Source of the DNA: a virus
Lineage: Duplodnaviria; Caudoviricetes
DNA length: 63,927 nucleotides
Strand: one strand, 5' to 3'
Virus record (IMG/VR): IMGVR_UViG_3300048587_000084
Coordinates: 1 to 63,927 of that record
In this document: in pieces, positions 17,729 through 26,127 of the stretch
How positions within the stretch are numbered: position 1 is the stretch's first letter
How the letters are laid out: each line of letters starts with the position of its first letter
Notes under the pieces: generated by a model
What the model was told of the DNA's origin: nothing
Database searches by the model: none
The model's input: only the letters and a program-made list of their open reading frames with translations
Made by a program: the position numbers and the translations under genes

Positions 17729-17943
17729 GCCGCCCCCCCATACTGGACCGCCAGCTCGTCAGTCGGCAGCGGCACGGGGGCCTCGACCGTTTCCGCAGCT
17801 GGCGGCTCGTCGTTCGGGCGGATGCCGGCGCTCGCTGCAGGCGTTTCCTGCCCTTCCTCCAGCAACCGATCGCACAACACGCACACCACGCGCTCAAGGT
17901 AGGCCACGCGCTTTTTCAGCTGCTTTCGCGTCGGCTTGCTCAC
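17725..17943 (-). CDS. hypothetical protein
   Basis: VSKPTRKQLKKRVAYLE; GAGGA RBS and coupled ends. Confidence 0.55.
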   Translation of the reverse strand: MSKPTRKQLKKRVAYLERVVCVLCDRLLEEGQETPAASAGIRPNDEPPAAETVEAPVPLPTDELAVQYGGAA

Positions 17944-18062
17944 AGATGGATGTCCTCGTCGCTGTATGGAGACGGCATGTAGAGCGCGATTGCGCGGACA
18001 ACCGCCGCAATCAGCAGAACACCGGCAGCCGCTAGAGCTATGGCGAAGGCGACTGTCTTCAC
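17940..18062 (-). CDS. 40-aa membrane peptide
   Basis: VKTVAFAIALAAAGVLLIAAVVRAIALY...; GTGA overlap with the cro stop. Confidence 0.5.
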   Translation of the reverse strand: MKTVAFAIALAAAGVLLIAAVVRAIALYMPSPYSDEDIHL

Positions 18063-18376
18063 AGCGCCCCCTCAATAACCCCTGCATCCGCGGGATCGAC
18101 GGTTGACGCCGATTGCTCGACACTGGCATCCGTCGAGAACCGCACGCGATAGCCAGTCACCCGGCCAGCGTCGTCGCGGTCCCAGTCGACGTCGGGGCGC
18201 AGCTCCTCGCAGGCAACACCGGTAACGCGCTCGATGTCGGCGCAGCGTTCCGGTGGTGGTTGGGCATTTCGGACGTAATGCCAGATCAGGCCCTGAGTAA
18301 CACCGATCAGGCGCGCCAAAGCGGTTTGCCCTCCGGCAGCTTCTACGGCTCGTTGCATTGGTGTGGATGTGCTCAT
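18059..18376 (-). CDS. cro: Cro-like (YdaS family) HTH regulator
   Basis: GGQTALARLIGVTQGLIWHY...PPERCADIERVTGVACEELRPDVDW; divergent from the repressor. Confidence 0.85.
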   Translation of the reverse strand: MSTSTPMQRAVEAAGGQTALARLIGVTQGLIWHYVRNAQPPPERCADIERVTGVACEELRPDVDWDRDDAGRVTGYRVRFSTDASVEQSASTVDPADAGVIEGAL

Positions 18377-18382
18377 ACGAAC

Positions 18383-18452
18383 AGACTAACGGAGTTAGTT
18401 GATGCGCGCAATAACTGAGTTCGTTGGACACCTTGACCTGCCTACGTACCAT
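18383..18452. promoter_or_regulatory. divergent promoter/operator region (OR-like)
   Basis: operator ACTAAC-GGA-GTTAGT at 18385-18399 and a degenerate copy at 18410-18424. Minus-strand TTGCGC-N17-TAGTCT; plus-strand TTGGAC-N17-TACCAT. Confidence 0.7.
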
Positions 18453-18458
18453 CGCGGG

Positions 18459-18857
18459 ATGTCCAGAAAGACGCTTTCCCCTGCCGAGCTACAGGCTGCT
18501 GACGCGATTGCGGAGGCGGTTCGTCGTACTGATCGAAGTCAGGACGAGGTGGCTGCGGAGGTCGGCGTTTCTCAAGGGCTGATCTGGCAATGGGCCAACC
18601 GACGTGTTCCGGTGCCCGCCAACCGCGCTGTTGCCCTGGCTGCGGCAATTGGTTTAACGCCGCGAGTCGTCAGCCCGGCGTACTGTGAGATTGCCGATGT
18701 AGTGCAACAACAACTGCTTGCGCCAGATGAGGCCGCCTTACTCGCCAAGTACCGCACAGCGGACGCGGCGGGCAAGCGGTCCTTGCAGGCGGTTAGCGAC
18801 GCGCTTGCTCAATTCGACCCACACCAGAACGGAGGAAAGCATGGGCATGCTGGGTAG
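18459..18857 (+). CDS. CI-like HTH repressor (no visible S24 peptidase domain)
   Basis: SQDEVAAEVGVSQGLIWQWAN, C-terminal DEAALLAKYRTADAAGKRSL. Confidence 0.8.
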   Translation: MSRKTLSPAELQAADAIAEAVRRTDRSQDEVAAEVGVSQGLIWQWANRRVPVPANRAVALAAAIGLTPRVVSPAYCEIADVVQQQLLAPDEAALLAKYRTADAAGKRSLQAVSDALAQFDPHQNGGKHGHAG

Positions 18858-19155
18858 GATCGCTGGCACCGACAGCACTGGTACAGTTTGTGCTGCGTCT
18901 CCAGATAAGCAGTACGTTGTCATGCAGTGCGATCGCAGCGCTGCCATTTCCGGCGCCAGAACAGTGTGGTCAGTGATTTCCATGCAGCGCGCATGGGATG
19001 GGTTTCATGGACCGTGGCACGGTGCGTTGACTGTGCTCGGTCCGGGGCAGGTTCGGGACGGCGACAACCGCGTGCTGTTCATTCACGTGCATGCGACATT
19101 CTGGTGTCGCAGCGACGCTGAGAAGCTACTGACGTGCGTTCCGTTGGATAACTAA
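18841..19155 (+). CDS. hypothetical protein, probably co-transcribed with the repressor
   Basis: GGAGG RBS, 104 aa. Confidence 0.65.
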   Translation: MGMLGRIAGTDSTGTVCAASPDKQYVVMQCDRSAAISGARTVWSVISMQRAWDGFHGPWHGALTVLGPGQVRDGDNRVLFIHVHATFWCRSDAEKLLTCVPLDN

Positions 19156-19192
19156 CCCAGCTATTGACTCGGGCGACTAACGCGGTTAGTTT
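19151..19192 (+). promoter_or_regulatory. early promoter with operators (OL/pL-like)
   Basis: TTGACT(19164)-N17-TAGTTT(19187). Operator ACTAAC-GCG-GTTAGT at 19176-19190 and a degenerate copy at 19151-19165. Confidence 0.75.
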
Positions 19193-19222
19193 CCACCGGA
19201 ACCCCACCGGTGGAGCACCGCA

Positions 19223-19567
19223 GTGTCAGAACAACCCATCCCTTCCGGCGTCAGGCCCTATGCGGTCTATGACGCGCTGAACCCCGATCAGCAGCCGCGC
19301 GTCATCATCGAGCAATCCCCGAGCGGCGCCGTCGCTCACGTGGTCCGCGGCCGATTCACCGCCGAAGCCCTGCACTCGATGGACGTCCTGCGCCTGCAGG
19401 CCCTCGGCGTCGACATCGAAGATCCGCGCAAGACGCTGCCACAGCCCCAGGTAGAATTGCCGCTGGCGGCGCCGTCAGGCGCGCCCCTCCCGTCTGATCT
19501 CGGCCCGTGTCCGCCGGCTGCTTGCGGTCAGATCCAACCCGAGGCCACTGACGCGGTGTCGCCATGA
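19223..19567 (+). CDS. hypothetical protein
   Basis: first gene after the promoter, GGAG RBS. Confidence 0.65.
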   Translation: MSEQPIPSGVRPYAVYDALNPDQQPRVIIEQSPSGAVAHVVRGRFTAEALHSMDVLRLQALGVDIEDPRKTLPQPQVELPLAAPSGAPLPSDLGPCPPAACGQIQPEATDAVSP

Positions 19568-19782
19568 ACGGCCGCCGGGCGAAGTTGCTGCGGTCGATAG
19601 CTCGGAGCCGGGCCAAAAAGGCTCCGCGACTCGTCGGCGGATGGGTCAAGAGCACCGCGAACGGCAAAGAGCGCTGGGATTATAAATCGGTGGTGCACGC
19701 CGCTGGCACGTATCGGCGCATCTACCAAGATCTTAAGCGCTTCCTGCAGGGCAAGTCGTTGCCGGCCGGAGCACTGTTTTGA
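19564..19782 (+). CDS. basic hypothetical protein
   Basis: MNGRRAKLLR...YRRIYQDLKR; ATGA coupling. Confidence 0.7.
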   Translation: MNGRRAKLLRSIARSRAKKAPRLVGGWVKSTANGKERWDYKSVVHAAGTYRRIYQDLKRFLQGKSLPAGALF

Positions 19783-19949
19783 CCGCCCGCCCCTACGCCA
19801 CGTGGGAGCTGATTCTGATGGCCGTCGTCGTGATCGGATGGGAGGCCATCGTAATCCGCGTCCTGGTCGCGCTTTGGCGGCAACGCCAGCGCGACCGCGA
19901 CCCGATCAACCGGTGGCGCCCGCCACCACCATGGAGGAACGATCAATGA
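19779..19949 (+). CDS. 56-aa membrane peptide
   Basis: TTG start with GGAG RBS, TM segment LILMAVVVIGWEAIVIRVLVALW, coupled at both ends. Confidence 0.5.
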   Translation: MTARPYATWELILMAVVVIGWEAIVIRVLVALWRQRQRDRDPINRWRPPPPWRNDQ

Positions 19950-20305
19950 GCATCTTCCGCAAGATCGCTGCGTGGGTACGCCTGCGCCTCGTGGCCGCCC
20001 AGTGGCGCGCCGAACAATCCAAGCCGCACGTCACCGAAGGCGCGCGCCGCTGCATCGCCAACCACAAGCAGCGCGTGCGGGCGGCGATCAGCCGCAACCA
20101 CCTCGACCACGCCGACGAACTGCGCGTGCTGCACCGCTCCGATGCCCTGGTCGACGCCTACCTGCGCGGCAAAATCTCCACGATCGACGACGTCACCGTG
20201 TGGACGCTCAACCTGGCGAACAAGCTCGGCAACGCCGCAGCCACGCAGCGCCTGATCCGCGCCCGCGGCGGTTCGCTTGGTCACACGTCGTTTCTGGCGA
20301 GGTGA
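19946..20305 (+). CDS. hypothetical protein
   Basis: GGAGG RBS, MSIFRKIAAW. Confidence 0.7.
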   Translation: MSIFRKIAAWVRLRLVAAQWRAEQSKPHVTEGARRCIANHKQRVRAAISRNHLDHADELRVLHRSDALVDAYLRGKISTIDDVTVWTLNLANKLGNAAATQRLIRARGGSLGHTSFLAR

Positions 20306-20308
20306 GTC

Positions 20309-20581
20309 ATGCCCTACGTGACCGTGCATATCGACCTTGGCGAGATCGTTTCCGATCTGTCATCGGATGAGCTTCACGACCTGATCGACAAGGCGCGCGC
20401 AGCGCTGCTGCGCATGGGCAAGAACGCCCCGGCTGGCGTTCAGGCCGACTACGACGACGACACACCGGACGACATTCACGTCGACGTCGGTGAGCGCGAG
20501 CTGTGCGCTCGGCTGTCCGGCGTTCCGCTGTCCCGCCACGCCCTTTACATCGCGCGCACCCGCGCGTGCCTTCCGCTCTGA
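20309..20581 (+). CDS. hypothetical protein
   Basis: GAGG RBS, 90 aa. Confidence 0.65.
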   Translation: MPYVTVHIDLGEIVSDLSSDELHDLIDKARAALLRMGKNAPAGVQADYDDDTPDDIHVDVGERELCARLSGVPLSRHALYIARTRACLPL

Positions 20582-20589
20582 GGCATCTC

Positions 20590-21507
20590 ATGTTCAAGAA
20601 CATCAGCGCATTCCGCCTTCCCGCCGACTTCACATGGCTCGACGATATCGGCACCCTGCACGACGTGCTGTGCCAATTTCCACTGCGCGAGCCCGGCCCG
20701 CTGGAGCTTGAAACCCGCGGCTTCCTGTCCCCGTGGCGCAGTGGCGACCTCCTGTCCGCGCACACCACGGGCGCCGGTGGCGCTTTCCTTGTGCGCCTTG
20801 GCCAGATGTCCCGCCTGCTGCCCGCGTCCGTCCTGCGCGACGCCATGGATGCGCGCGTCGCTGACCACCAGGCCAAGACCGGCCGCAAGCCCGGCAAGCG
20901 CCTGCGCAACGACTTCCGCGAGGCCGCCCTGAGCGAACTGCTGCCGCGCGCCTTCATCCAGCGCCGCGTGGTCGACGCCATGTGGCTTCCGGCCCACCGC
21001 CTGCTGATCATCGACGCCACCAGCGACACGACCGCCGAGGCCGTTGCCTCTGCACTGCGCGAGGCCCTGGGCAGTTTTCCTGCCCGCCCGCTGGCCGCTG
21101 ACGCATCGCTCACGCTACTTATGTCCGAGTGGCTGGTCAGCAACACGCTGCCCGATGACTTCGAGTTCGGCGACAGCGCCGAGCTTAAAGACCCGTCCGA
21201 CAAGACCACCGTCGTGCGCGCCCGTCACCACGACCTGAGCGCCGACGAAGTGCGCGAGCACGCCCGGTGCGGCAAGCAGGTCACACAGCTCGGCCTGACC
21301 TACGACGGCCGCATCAGCTTCGTCCTCGACGCCAAGCTCAAGCTCCGCGGCATCTCGTTCGCGGACGGCATCCTCGAAGACCTGGACGACAAGGCCGCGG
21401 AAGGCGCCGACGCCGATCAGATGTTCGAAGCCGAGCTGTTCCTGCAGGCCGAAGAACTCACCCGCCTGTTCACCGCCCTCGATGGCGTGCTGCGGTTTGT
21501 GGACTGA
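20590..21507 (+). CDS. rdgC: recombination-associated protein RdgC
   Basis: MFKNISAFRL, RGFLSP, RLLPASVL, LLPRAF, LREALGSFP, GKQVTQLGL, RISFVL. Confidence 0.92.
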   Translation: MFKNISAFRLPADFTWLDDIGTLHDVLCQFPLREPGPLELETRGFLSPWRSGDLLSAHTTGAGGAFLVRLGQMSRLLPASVLRDAMDARVADHQAKTGRKPGKRLRNDFREAALSELLPRAFIQRRVVDAMWLPAHRLLIIDATSDTTAEAVASALREALGSFPARPLAADASLTLLMSEWLVSNTLPDDFEFGDSAELKDPSDKTTVVRARHHDLSADEVREHARCGKQVTQLGLTYDGRISFVLDAKLKLRGISFADGILEDLDDKAAEGADADQMFEAELFLQAEELTRLFTALDGVLRFVD

Positions 21508-21512
21508 GCGCC

Positions 21513-21761
21513 ATGCCGTACTTCGAGATCAAAGGCCAGCTGGTGCACGTCAACATTCCCACTGGCCGCTACATCGGCCAAGTGCGCCGCACGGGCGCCC
21601 GCACCTGGCGCACCGTAACCGGCAACCTGCAGTGCCTGCGGCGGGCGATGGCCAAGGCTGTCATGGCCATGGAGCGCGACGACATGCGCTGCCGTGTGCT
21701 GTTTGTGCCCACGTGTGGCTATTACGAGTCCAGCGTGGTCATGGAGGCGAAGCGCTCATGA
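21513..21761 (+). CDS. hypothetical protein
   Basis: MPYFEIKG..., 82 aa, in the operon. Confidence 0.6.
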   Translation: MPYFEIKGQLVHVNIPTGRYIGQVRRTGARTWRTVTGNLQCLRRAMAKAVMAMERDDMRCRVLFVPTCGYYESSVVMEAKRS

Positions 21762-22042
21762 CTGCCGTCGCCTACCGCCGCACATTCGCCGACGCCGGCA
21801 CCTTTGTTGCAACCCGCGCCGCTGAAGCGTGGTGCAAGGAAAACGGCATCAGCGTCGGAACAATGCAGGGCCCGGACCCGCGAGGCCTACTGGTTGGTGA
21901 CTTCTACATCGCCAAGTGGCGCAACCTCAGCCGCGACGAGCGAGCGGCCCTGCACGGCACGATCACGGGCAATGGTCGCGAGGGCCCGGTGCATGTCGAG
22001 CTGTTCGCCAACTGCCCGCCGATCACCGGAGTGATCGCATGA
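21758..22042 (+). CDS. conserved phage hypothetical protein
   Basis: GTFVATRAAEAWC...IAKWRNLS...GREGPV. Confidence 0.7.
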   Translation: MTAVAYRRTFADAGTFVATRAAEAWCKENGISVGTMQGPDPRGLLVGDFYIAKWRNLSRDERAALHGTITGNGREGPVHVELFANCPPITGVIA

Positions 22043-22767
22043 TCCTCACCACCCTAACCGCCCTCTGGCTCATCGCATCCGGCCCGCAGCACGTGTCGGT
22101 CGATGCGATTGCCCAAACCACGTGCATCACGGTCGCGGTCTACACCGAGGCCGAAGGCGAGCCGTACCTTGGCAAGCTCGCCGTCGCAGCCGTCGTGCGA
22201 GAGCGCGCCAGGCGCTCCAACACCCCGCCGTGCGCGGTCGTCACCGCGCGCCACCAGTTTTCGGGACTGGGTAGGCGCGTGGGGCGCATTCACCCCGGAG
22301 CGCTGCTCGATTCGCTGGGTGCGGCACGCGCCAGCGCTCTGTCTACCGCGCCGGTGCCTGAGTGCGCCGGCGCAACTCACTTCGACAACAACTCGCGCGC
22401 GTCGTGGACACGCAAGTTTCCCGTTGTGTGCGCGATCGCCAACCACACCTTCTATGGAGAAACCACACGAACGAAACACCAAGCCCGCTTGCACTTGCGC
22501 TGGTGGCAGCCATGCTCGGCATGGCTGCCGAAGAATGCGAGTGCGCCAAGTGCGCGGCCAAACGCCAAGCTGATCTCGACGATAAAGCTGCGGATGTGCG
22601 CGCCGAACTGGCCGCTGGCGCAATGGCGTCCGTCAGCATCAGCGCTCCGCGCGACTTTGGATGGGCGCTGGCCATGCTTCGCGAAGGCTACGCGCTGCGC
22701 CGCGCCGGCTGGAACGGCAAAGGCCTCGCGCTGCACCTGCAGATACCCGACGCCAACTCCAAGATGA
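22039..22767 (+). CDS. SleB/Hydrolase_2 cell-wall hydrolase (expected end about 22470, reads through)
   Basis: N-terminal signal, AVYTEAEGEPYLGKLAVAAVV, HQFS, GATHF, IANHTFY. Confidence 0.8.
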   Translation: MILTTLTALWLIASGPQHVSVDAIAQTTCITVAVYTEAEGEPYLGKLAVAAVVRERARRSNTPPCAVVTARHQFSGLGRRVGRIHPGALLDSLGAARASALSTAPVPECAGATHFDNNSRASWTRKFPVVCAIANHTFYGETTRTKHQARLHLRWWQPCSAWLPKNASAPSARPNAKLISTIKLRMCAPNWPLAQWRPSASALRATLDGRWPCFAKATRCAAPAGTAKASRCTCRYPTPTPR

Positions 22768-22886
22768 CGCTGCCCTACATCTACATCGAGTACCCGAAGG
22801 ATGCCGCCAACACGCCGGGCGCGCGGTGCCCGTGGCTGGCGTCGCAGACCGACATGCTGGCTCAGGACTGGGAGCTGGCCCAGTAA
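22467..22886 (+). CDS. DUF2829 / Tad2-like anti-defence sponge protein (ACG at the expected start; internal ATGs at 22512 and 22622)
   Basis: DFGWALAMLREG..RRAGWNGKG...PYIYI...PWLASQTDMLAQDW. Confidence 0.85.
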   Translation, partial: TNETPSPLALALVAAMLGMAAEECECAKCAAKRQADLDDKAADVRAELAAGAMASVSISAPRDFGWALAMLREGYALRRAGWNGKGLALHLQIPDANSKMTLPYIYIEYPKDAANTPGARCPWLASQTDMLAQDWELAQ

Positions 22887-22889
22887 GCC

Positions 22890-23138
22890 ATGAAACTCGT
22901 CCCCCTCGACCGCCTTCTTGAACTGCACTTTGAAGACCGCTCGACGCGCATGCGTCGGCGCCTCGTCTCCCTCGCGCGCGCCGCCAAGCTCCCCGGTGCG
23001 CAAAAGCTGGGCTCGCAGTGGATGTGCGACCTTGAGGTGTTCGAGTCGCGACCGGCAAACGATCCACCGCCCACCGCTCCTGCTGCATCGCTGCGCGAGC
23101 TGGTGGAGGCGGCGAAGGCCAAGAGGGCAGCACAATGA
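22890..23138 (+). CDS. putative excisionase / HTH_17 DNA-binding protein
   Basis: LARAAKLPGAQKLGSQWMCD wing motif, 82 aa, upstream of int. Confidence 0.55.
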   Translation: MKLVPLDRLLELHFEDRSTRMRRRLVSLARAAKLPGAQKLGSQWMCDLEVFESRPANDPPPTAPAASLRELVEAAKAKRAAQ

Positions 23139-23851
23139 AAGAACGTCCGATCCTGTTCTCCGCCGCGATGGTCCGCGCCCTGCTCGCCGGCACGAAGACG
23201 CAGACGCGGCGGGTTGTGAAGCCGCAGCCGGCCAAGTCGTCCGGCACCCATCGTGGCTACCCGCTGGAACTCATGGCCAACGATTGGGCATGGCCGCATC
23301 CGCGCACCAGCGGCGCAACGACGATCAGCAACCGCCCGAACGGTCCACTGGGTTGGGAGATCCATTGCCCCTACGGCCAGCCCGGAGACCGGCTGTGGGT
23401 GCGGGAACGATTTACGCCGTTGCCGATGCAGGCGCCAACCGAAAACCCGTCGAGGTGGCAGATCCTTTACGCGGCTGGTGGCGCAGAAGAACGCGAGGCG
23501 CCGGCAGGCTACAACCCGATGCTCTACAACTATGAGCGTTGGTCGCCATCCATCCATATGCCCCACTGGGCCAGCCGCCTGACGCTCGAAATCACCGGCG
23601 TGCGAGTGGAGCGGTTGCAGGACATCAGCGAGGAGGATGCGCAGGCTGAGGGCATAGAGCGAGTGGGCGGCGAGTTCAGTTGCACGCCGTGGCGCAACTA
23701 CCGCATCGGATGCCCTGACGAGATGCGCAGCCACTGCTCGGCACGGTCGCGGTCTTACATGACTCTGTGGGAATCGATCAACGGCCCCGGATCGTGGGAT
23801 GCGAATCCGTGGGTGTGGGTTATCGAGTTCAAGCGAGTCGAGCAAGCGTGA
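23135..23851 (+). CDS. ASCH-like phage protein
   Basis: MKERPILFSAAMVRALLAGTKTQTRR, CPYGQPGDRLWVRE, WSPSIHMP, RVERLQDISEEDAQAEG, NPWVWVIEF. Confidence 0.85.
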   Translation: MKERPILFSAAMVRALLAGTKTQTRRVVKPQPAKSSGTHRGYPLELMANDWAWPHPRTSGATTISNRPNGPLGWEIHCPYGQPGDRLWVRERFTPLPMQAPTENPSRWQILYAAGGAEEREAPAGYNPMLYNYERWSPSIHMPHWASRLTLEITGVRVERLQDISEEDAQAEGIERVGGEFSCTPWRNYRIGCPDEMRSHCSARSRSYMTLWESINGPGSWDANPWVWVIEFKRVEQA

Positions 23852-24996
23852 CCCGCCCCCGCACCCCAGGCCGCCGCGACCTACCGCGCTGGTTCCGCGC
23901 CCGCAAGCGCGGCGGGGGCTATTACCTGGAACACCCGATCACCCGCGAATGTGCCACGCTCTCGGCCGATCGCGCCGAGGCGCTTGAGCTGTATTGGGCG
24001 CTGGTGCCGGAGATCGAAGCCCAGGTGCGCGCGGCGCGCGAAGGTCGCAAGGCCGGCAAGCTGGCCACCGTGCTGGAGGGCAAGCTCAAGGCCACCGGCG
24101 AAACCCTGCGCGCGTTCCTCGCGCGCTGGCGCACCGACGTGCTGCCCACGATGAACAAGCGCGGCAGCACCGGCGCGCTGTCGCCCAAGACGGCCGGCGA
24201 CTACGCCCGCATGCTGCGCCGCCAGATTGAACCCCTCGAAGCCACCCTGATCGAGCTGACCCGCATCGACGCCCAGTCCATGCGCGCCCTGCTCTCGCCC
24301 TGGCTGTCGATGCCCCACCAGTACAACTACATGCGCGCCGTCCTCACGCGCGCACTGCAACACGCCGTCGACGAAGGCGTGCTGTCCGTCAACCCCATGC
24401 GCTCGATCGACGCCCGCGCCAAGACCAAGCGTCGCGCCTACATCAGCGACGCTGATTACATCGCCATCACCGGAAAGATCACCGAACCCTACGCCGTGCG
24501 CGCGTGCGACCTGCTGTACCTGCTCGGCATGCGCCCGGCCGACTGTCTGGGCCTGCGCGCCGACGCACTGGTCAAGGTCGACGGCCGCTGGTGCGTCAAC
24601 TTCGCCGCCGGCAAGACCGGTGTCGAACAAGAACTGATCGGCAACCAGGCGCTGCACGATCAGCTCGAATGGTGGCGAGCATGGCGCGCCGAACACGCGC
24701 CACTGTCCGCGTACCTGCTGGTCCACCCACGCACCGCACACCGCAAGATCTGCTCACGTCAGATCAAGGTGGAATGGCTGTCCCGCACCTGGACCACCGC
24801 CACCCGCGAAGCCGGCCACCCCGAATACACCCTGCGCGACATCCGCCCCAAGTCCCTCACCGACGAGGCGCTTGCCGGCAACAAAGGCAACAAGGGCGGC
24901 CACCTCACCCAACAAATGCGCGACCACTACCAGCGCGTGCGGCTGCCGGAGCGGTCGGACGTGACCATCAACCTACCCAAGAGGAAATCCCAGTGA
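23848..24996 (+). CDS. int: tyrosine integrase (lambda-Int-like)
   Basis: N-terminal RRDLP...GYY arm-binding domain; catalytic R (GMRPAD), K (GKTG), LRDIRPK, GGH, Y (DHYQR). Confidence 0.88.
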   Translation: MTRPRTPGRRDLPRWFRARKRGGGYYLEHPITRECATLSADRAEALELYWALVPEIEAQVRAAREGRKAGKLATVLEGKLKATGETLRAFLARWRTDVLPTMNKRGSTGALSPKTAGDYARMLRRQIEPLEATLIELTRIDAQSMRALLSPWLSMPHQYNYMRAVLTRALQHAVDEGVLSVNPMRSIDARAKTKRRAYISDADYIAITGKITEPYAVRACDLLYLLGMRPADCLGLRADALVKVDGRWCVNFAAGKTGVEQELIGNQALHDQLEWWRAWRAEHAPLSAYLLVHPRTAHRKICSRQIKVEWLSRTWTTATREAGHPEYTLRDIRPKSLTDEALAGNKGNKGGHLTQQMRDHYQRVRLPERSDVTINLPKRKSQ

Positions 24997-25625
24997 GCAC
25001 CATCAATCTCACTCCTTTTTGCAGCAAGAGCGACACGCGGGCCTACATGCAAGAGCCGTTCACTGTGCTCGGCGGAACCGGCGCCAGCAACGGGAACATA
25101 TTGGCCTGGCTCGCTGGCCAGACGTTCGGAAAGCCGCTTGGCGACTCCAAGACAGCTGAAAGTATCAAGATCTTGATTGAGAAAGCACAGGCCGAAGCAT
25201 CAGATAAGGACGCGCAGTGGATCGACGTCGAAACCATCCGCACGTCGTCGCGCAAATGCGCGCAGTGCGACGGCACCGGCGTGGTCACGATAGTGAAATG
25301 CGAGGACTGCGACGGCGACGGCGAGTTCTGGCATGGCAACCACGTCTACGACTGCAAAGAATGCAAGGGTGTTGGGCACAAGAACGAAACCGGAATTGGA
25401 GAGCGGTGCGACGAGTGCGGCGGCTATGGCATGTCCGAGATTGGGCTACCGTCGTCGTATGGCGCGGACGGGTTCACCGTTGCGTCGCACTTCATCAGTC
25501 GCATGCGCACGCTGCCGGGATGCAGGATCAGGCGTTACATAAGCCGCCCAGGTGGCGGCATCACATTCGCCTTCGATGGCGGTATCGGCATCGTGATGCC
25601 GATTCTGAAAGAGCCAATCCCATGA
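24993..25625 (+). CDS. DnaJ-type Zn-finger repeat protein
   Basis: four CxxCxGxG repeats; GAGGA RBS. Confidence 0.75.
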   Translation: MSTINLTPFCSKSDTRAYMQEPFTVLGGTGASNGNILAWLAGQTFGKPLGDSKTAESIKILIEKAQAEASDKDAQWIDVETIRTSSRKCAQCDGTGVVTIVKCEDCDGDGEFWHGNHVYDCKECKGVGHKNETGIGERCDECGGYGMSEIGLPSSYGADGFTVASHFISRMRTLPGCRIRRYISRPGGGITFAFDGGIGIVMPILKEPIP

Positions 25626-25936
25626 GCTACACCGTCGAGGTCAATGGAAAGGACGTGATCGTGTCGCATCCGTCGTCGCCGGAGCCGAAAGTGCTGGCAG
25701 GCTGGACATGGCACGCCGAGCTTGTGCGGCAACTGATCGCCGAGCGCGACCAACTCCGCGCCCGCCTCGCTGCGATTGATGCGGCGCCGACGGTGGCGTC
25801 ACTTGGTATAGGCCCCGACGGAAAGCATAGCGGGCTGTACTTCCCGCACCCGCACAGAAGTGCGCTTACTGCGACGATGGACGAGCGCGACGGGTGGACC
25901 ATCAAAGAGTTGATCGCCAGACCGGAGGCGAAATGA
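25622..25936 (+). CDS. hypothetical protein
   Basis: MSYTVEVNG..., ATGA coupling. Confidence 0.65.
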   Translation: MSYTVEVNGKDVIVSHPSSPEPKVLAGWTWHAELVRQLIAERDQLRARLAAIDAAPTVASLGIGPDGKHSGLYFPHPHRSALTATMDERDGWTIKELIARPEAK

Positions 25937-26127
25937 AGACCCTTGCAGCGCCATTCCTGATCCGTGATGAGTGTGGCAACTTCGAGGAATTCGACGATTA
26001 CGAATCAGCACTGAGCAGCGCCAAATCCGCCGCAGAAGAAGGTGCCTTGGTGACTCTCTACGCTGCACAGATCGACATCGTGCCGACGAAGAGATACCGA
26101 ATCGTCAAGTATGGAGATGCGAAATGA
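25933..26127 (+). CDS. hypothetical protein
   Basis: GGAGG RBS, 64 aa. Confidence 0.65.
   Translation: MKTLAAPFLIRDECGNFEEFDDYESALSSAKSAAEEGALVTLYAAQIDIVPTKRYRIVKYGDAK

Noticed and set aside
24826-24855. Integrase inactive because HxxR reads RDIR
   Set aside because: The first His is variable among tyrosine recombinases. The R, K, second R, H and Y residues and a full attP are present.
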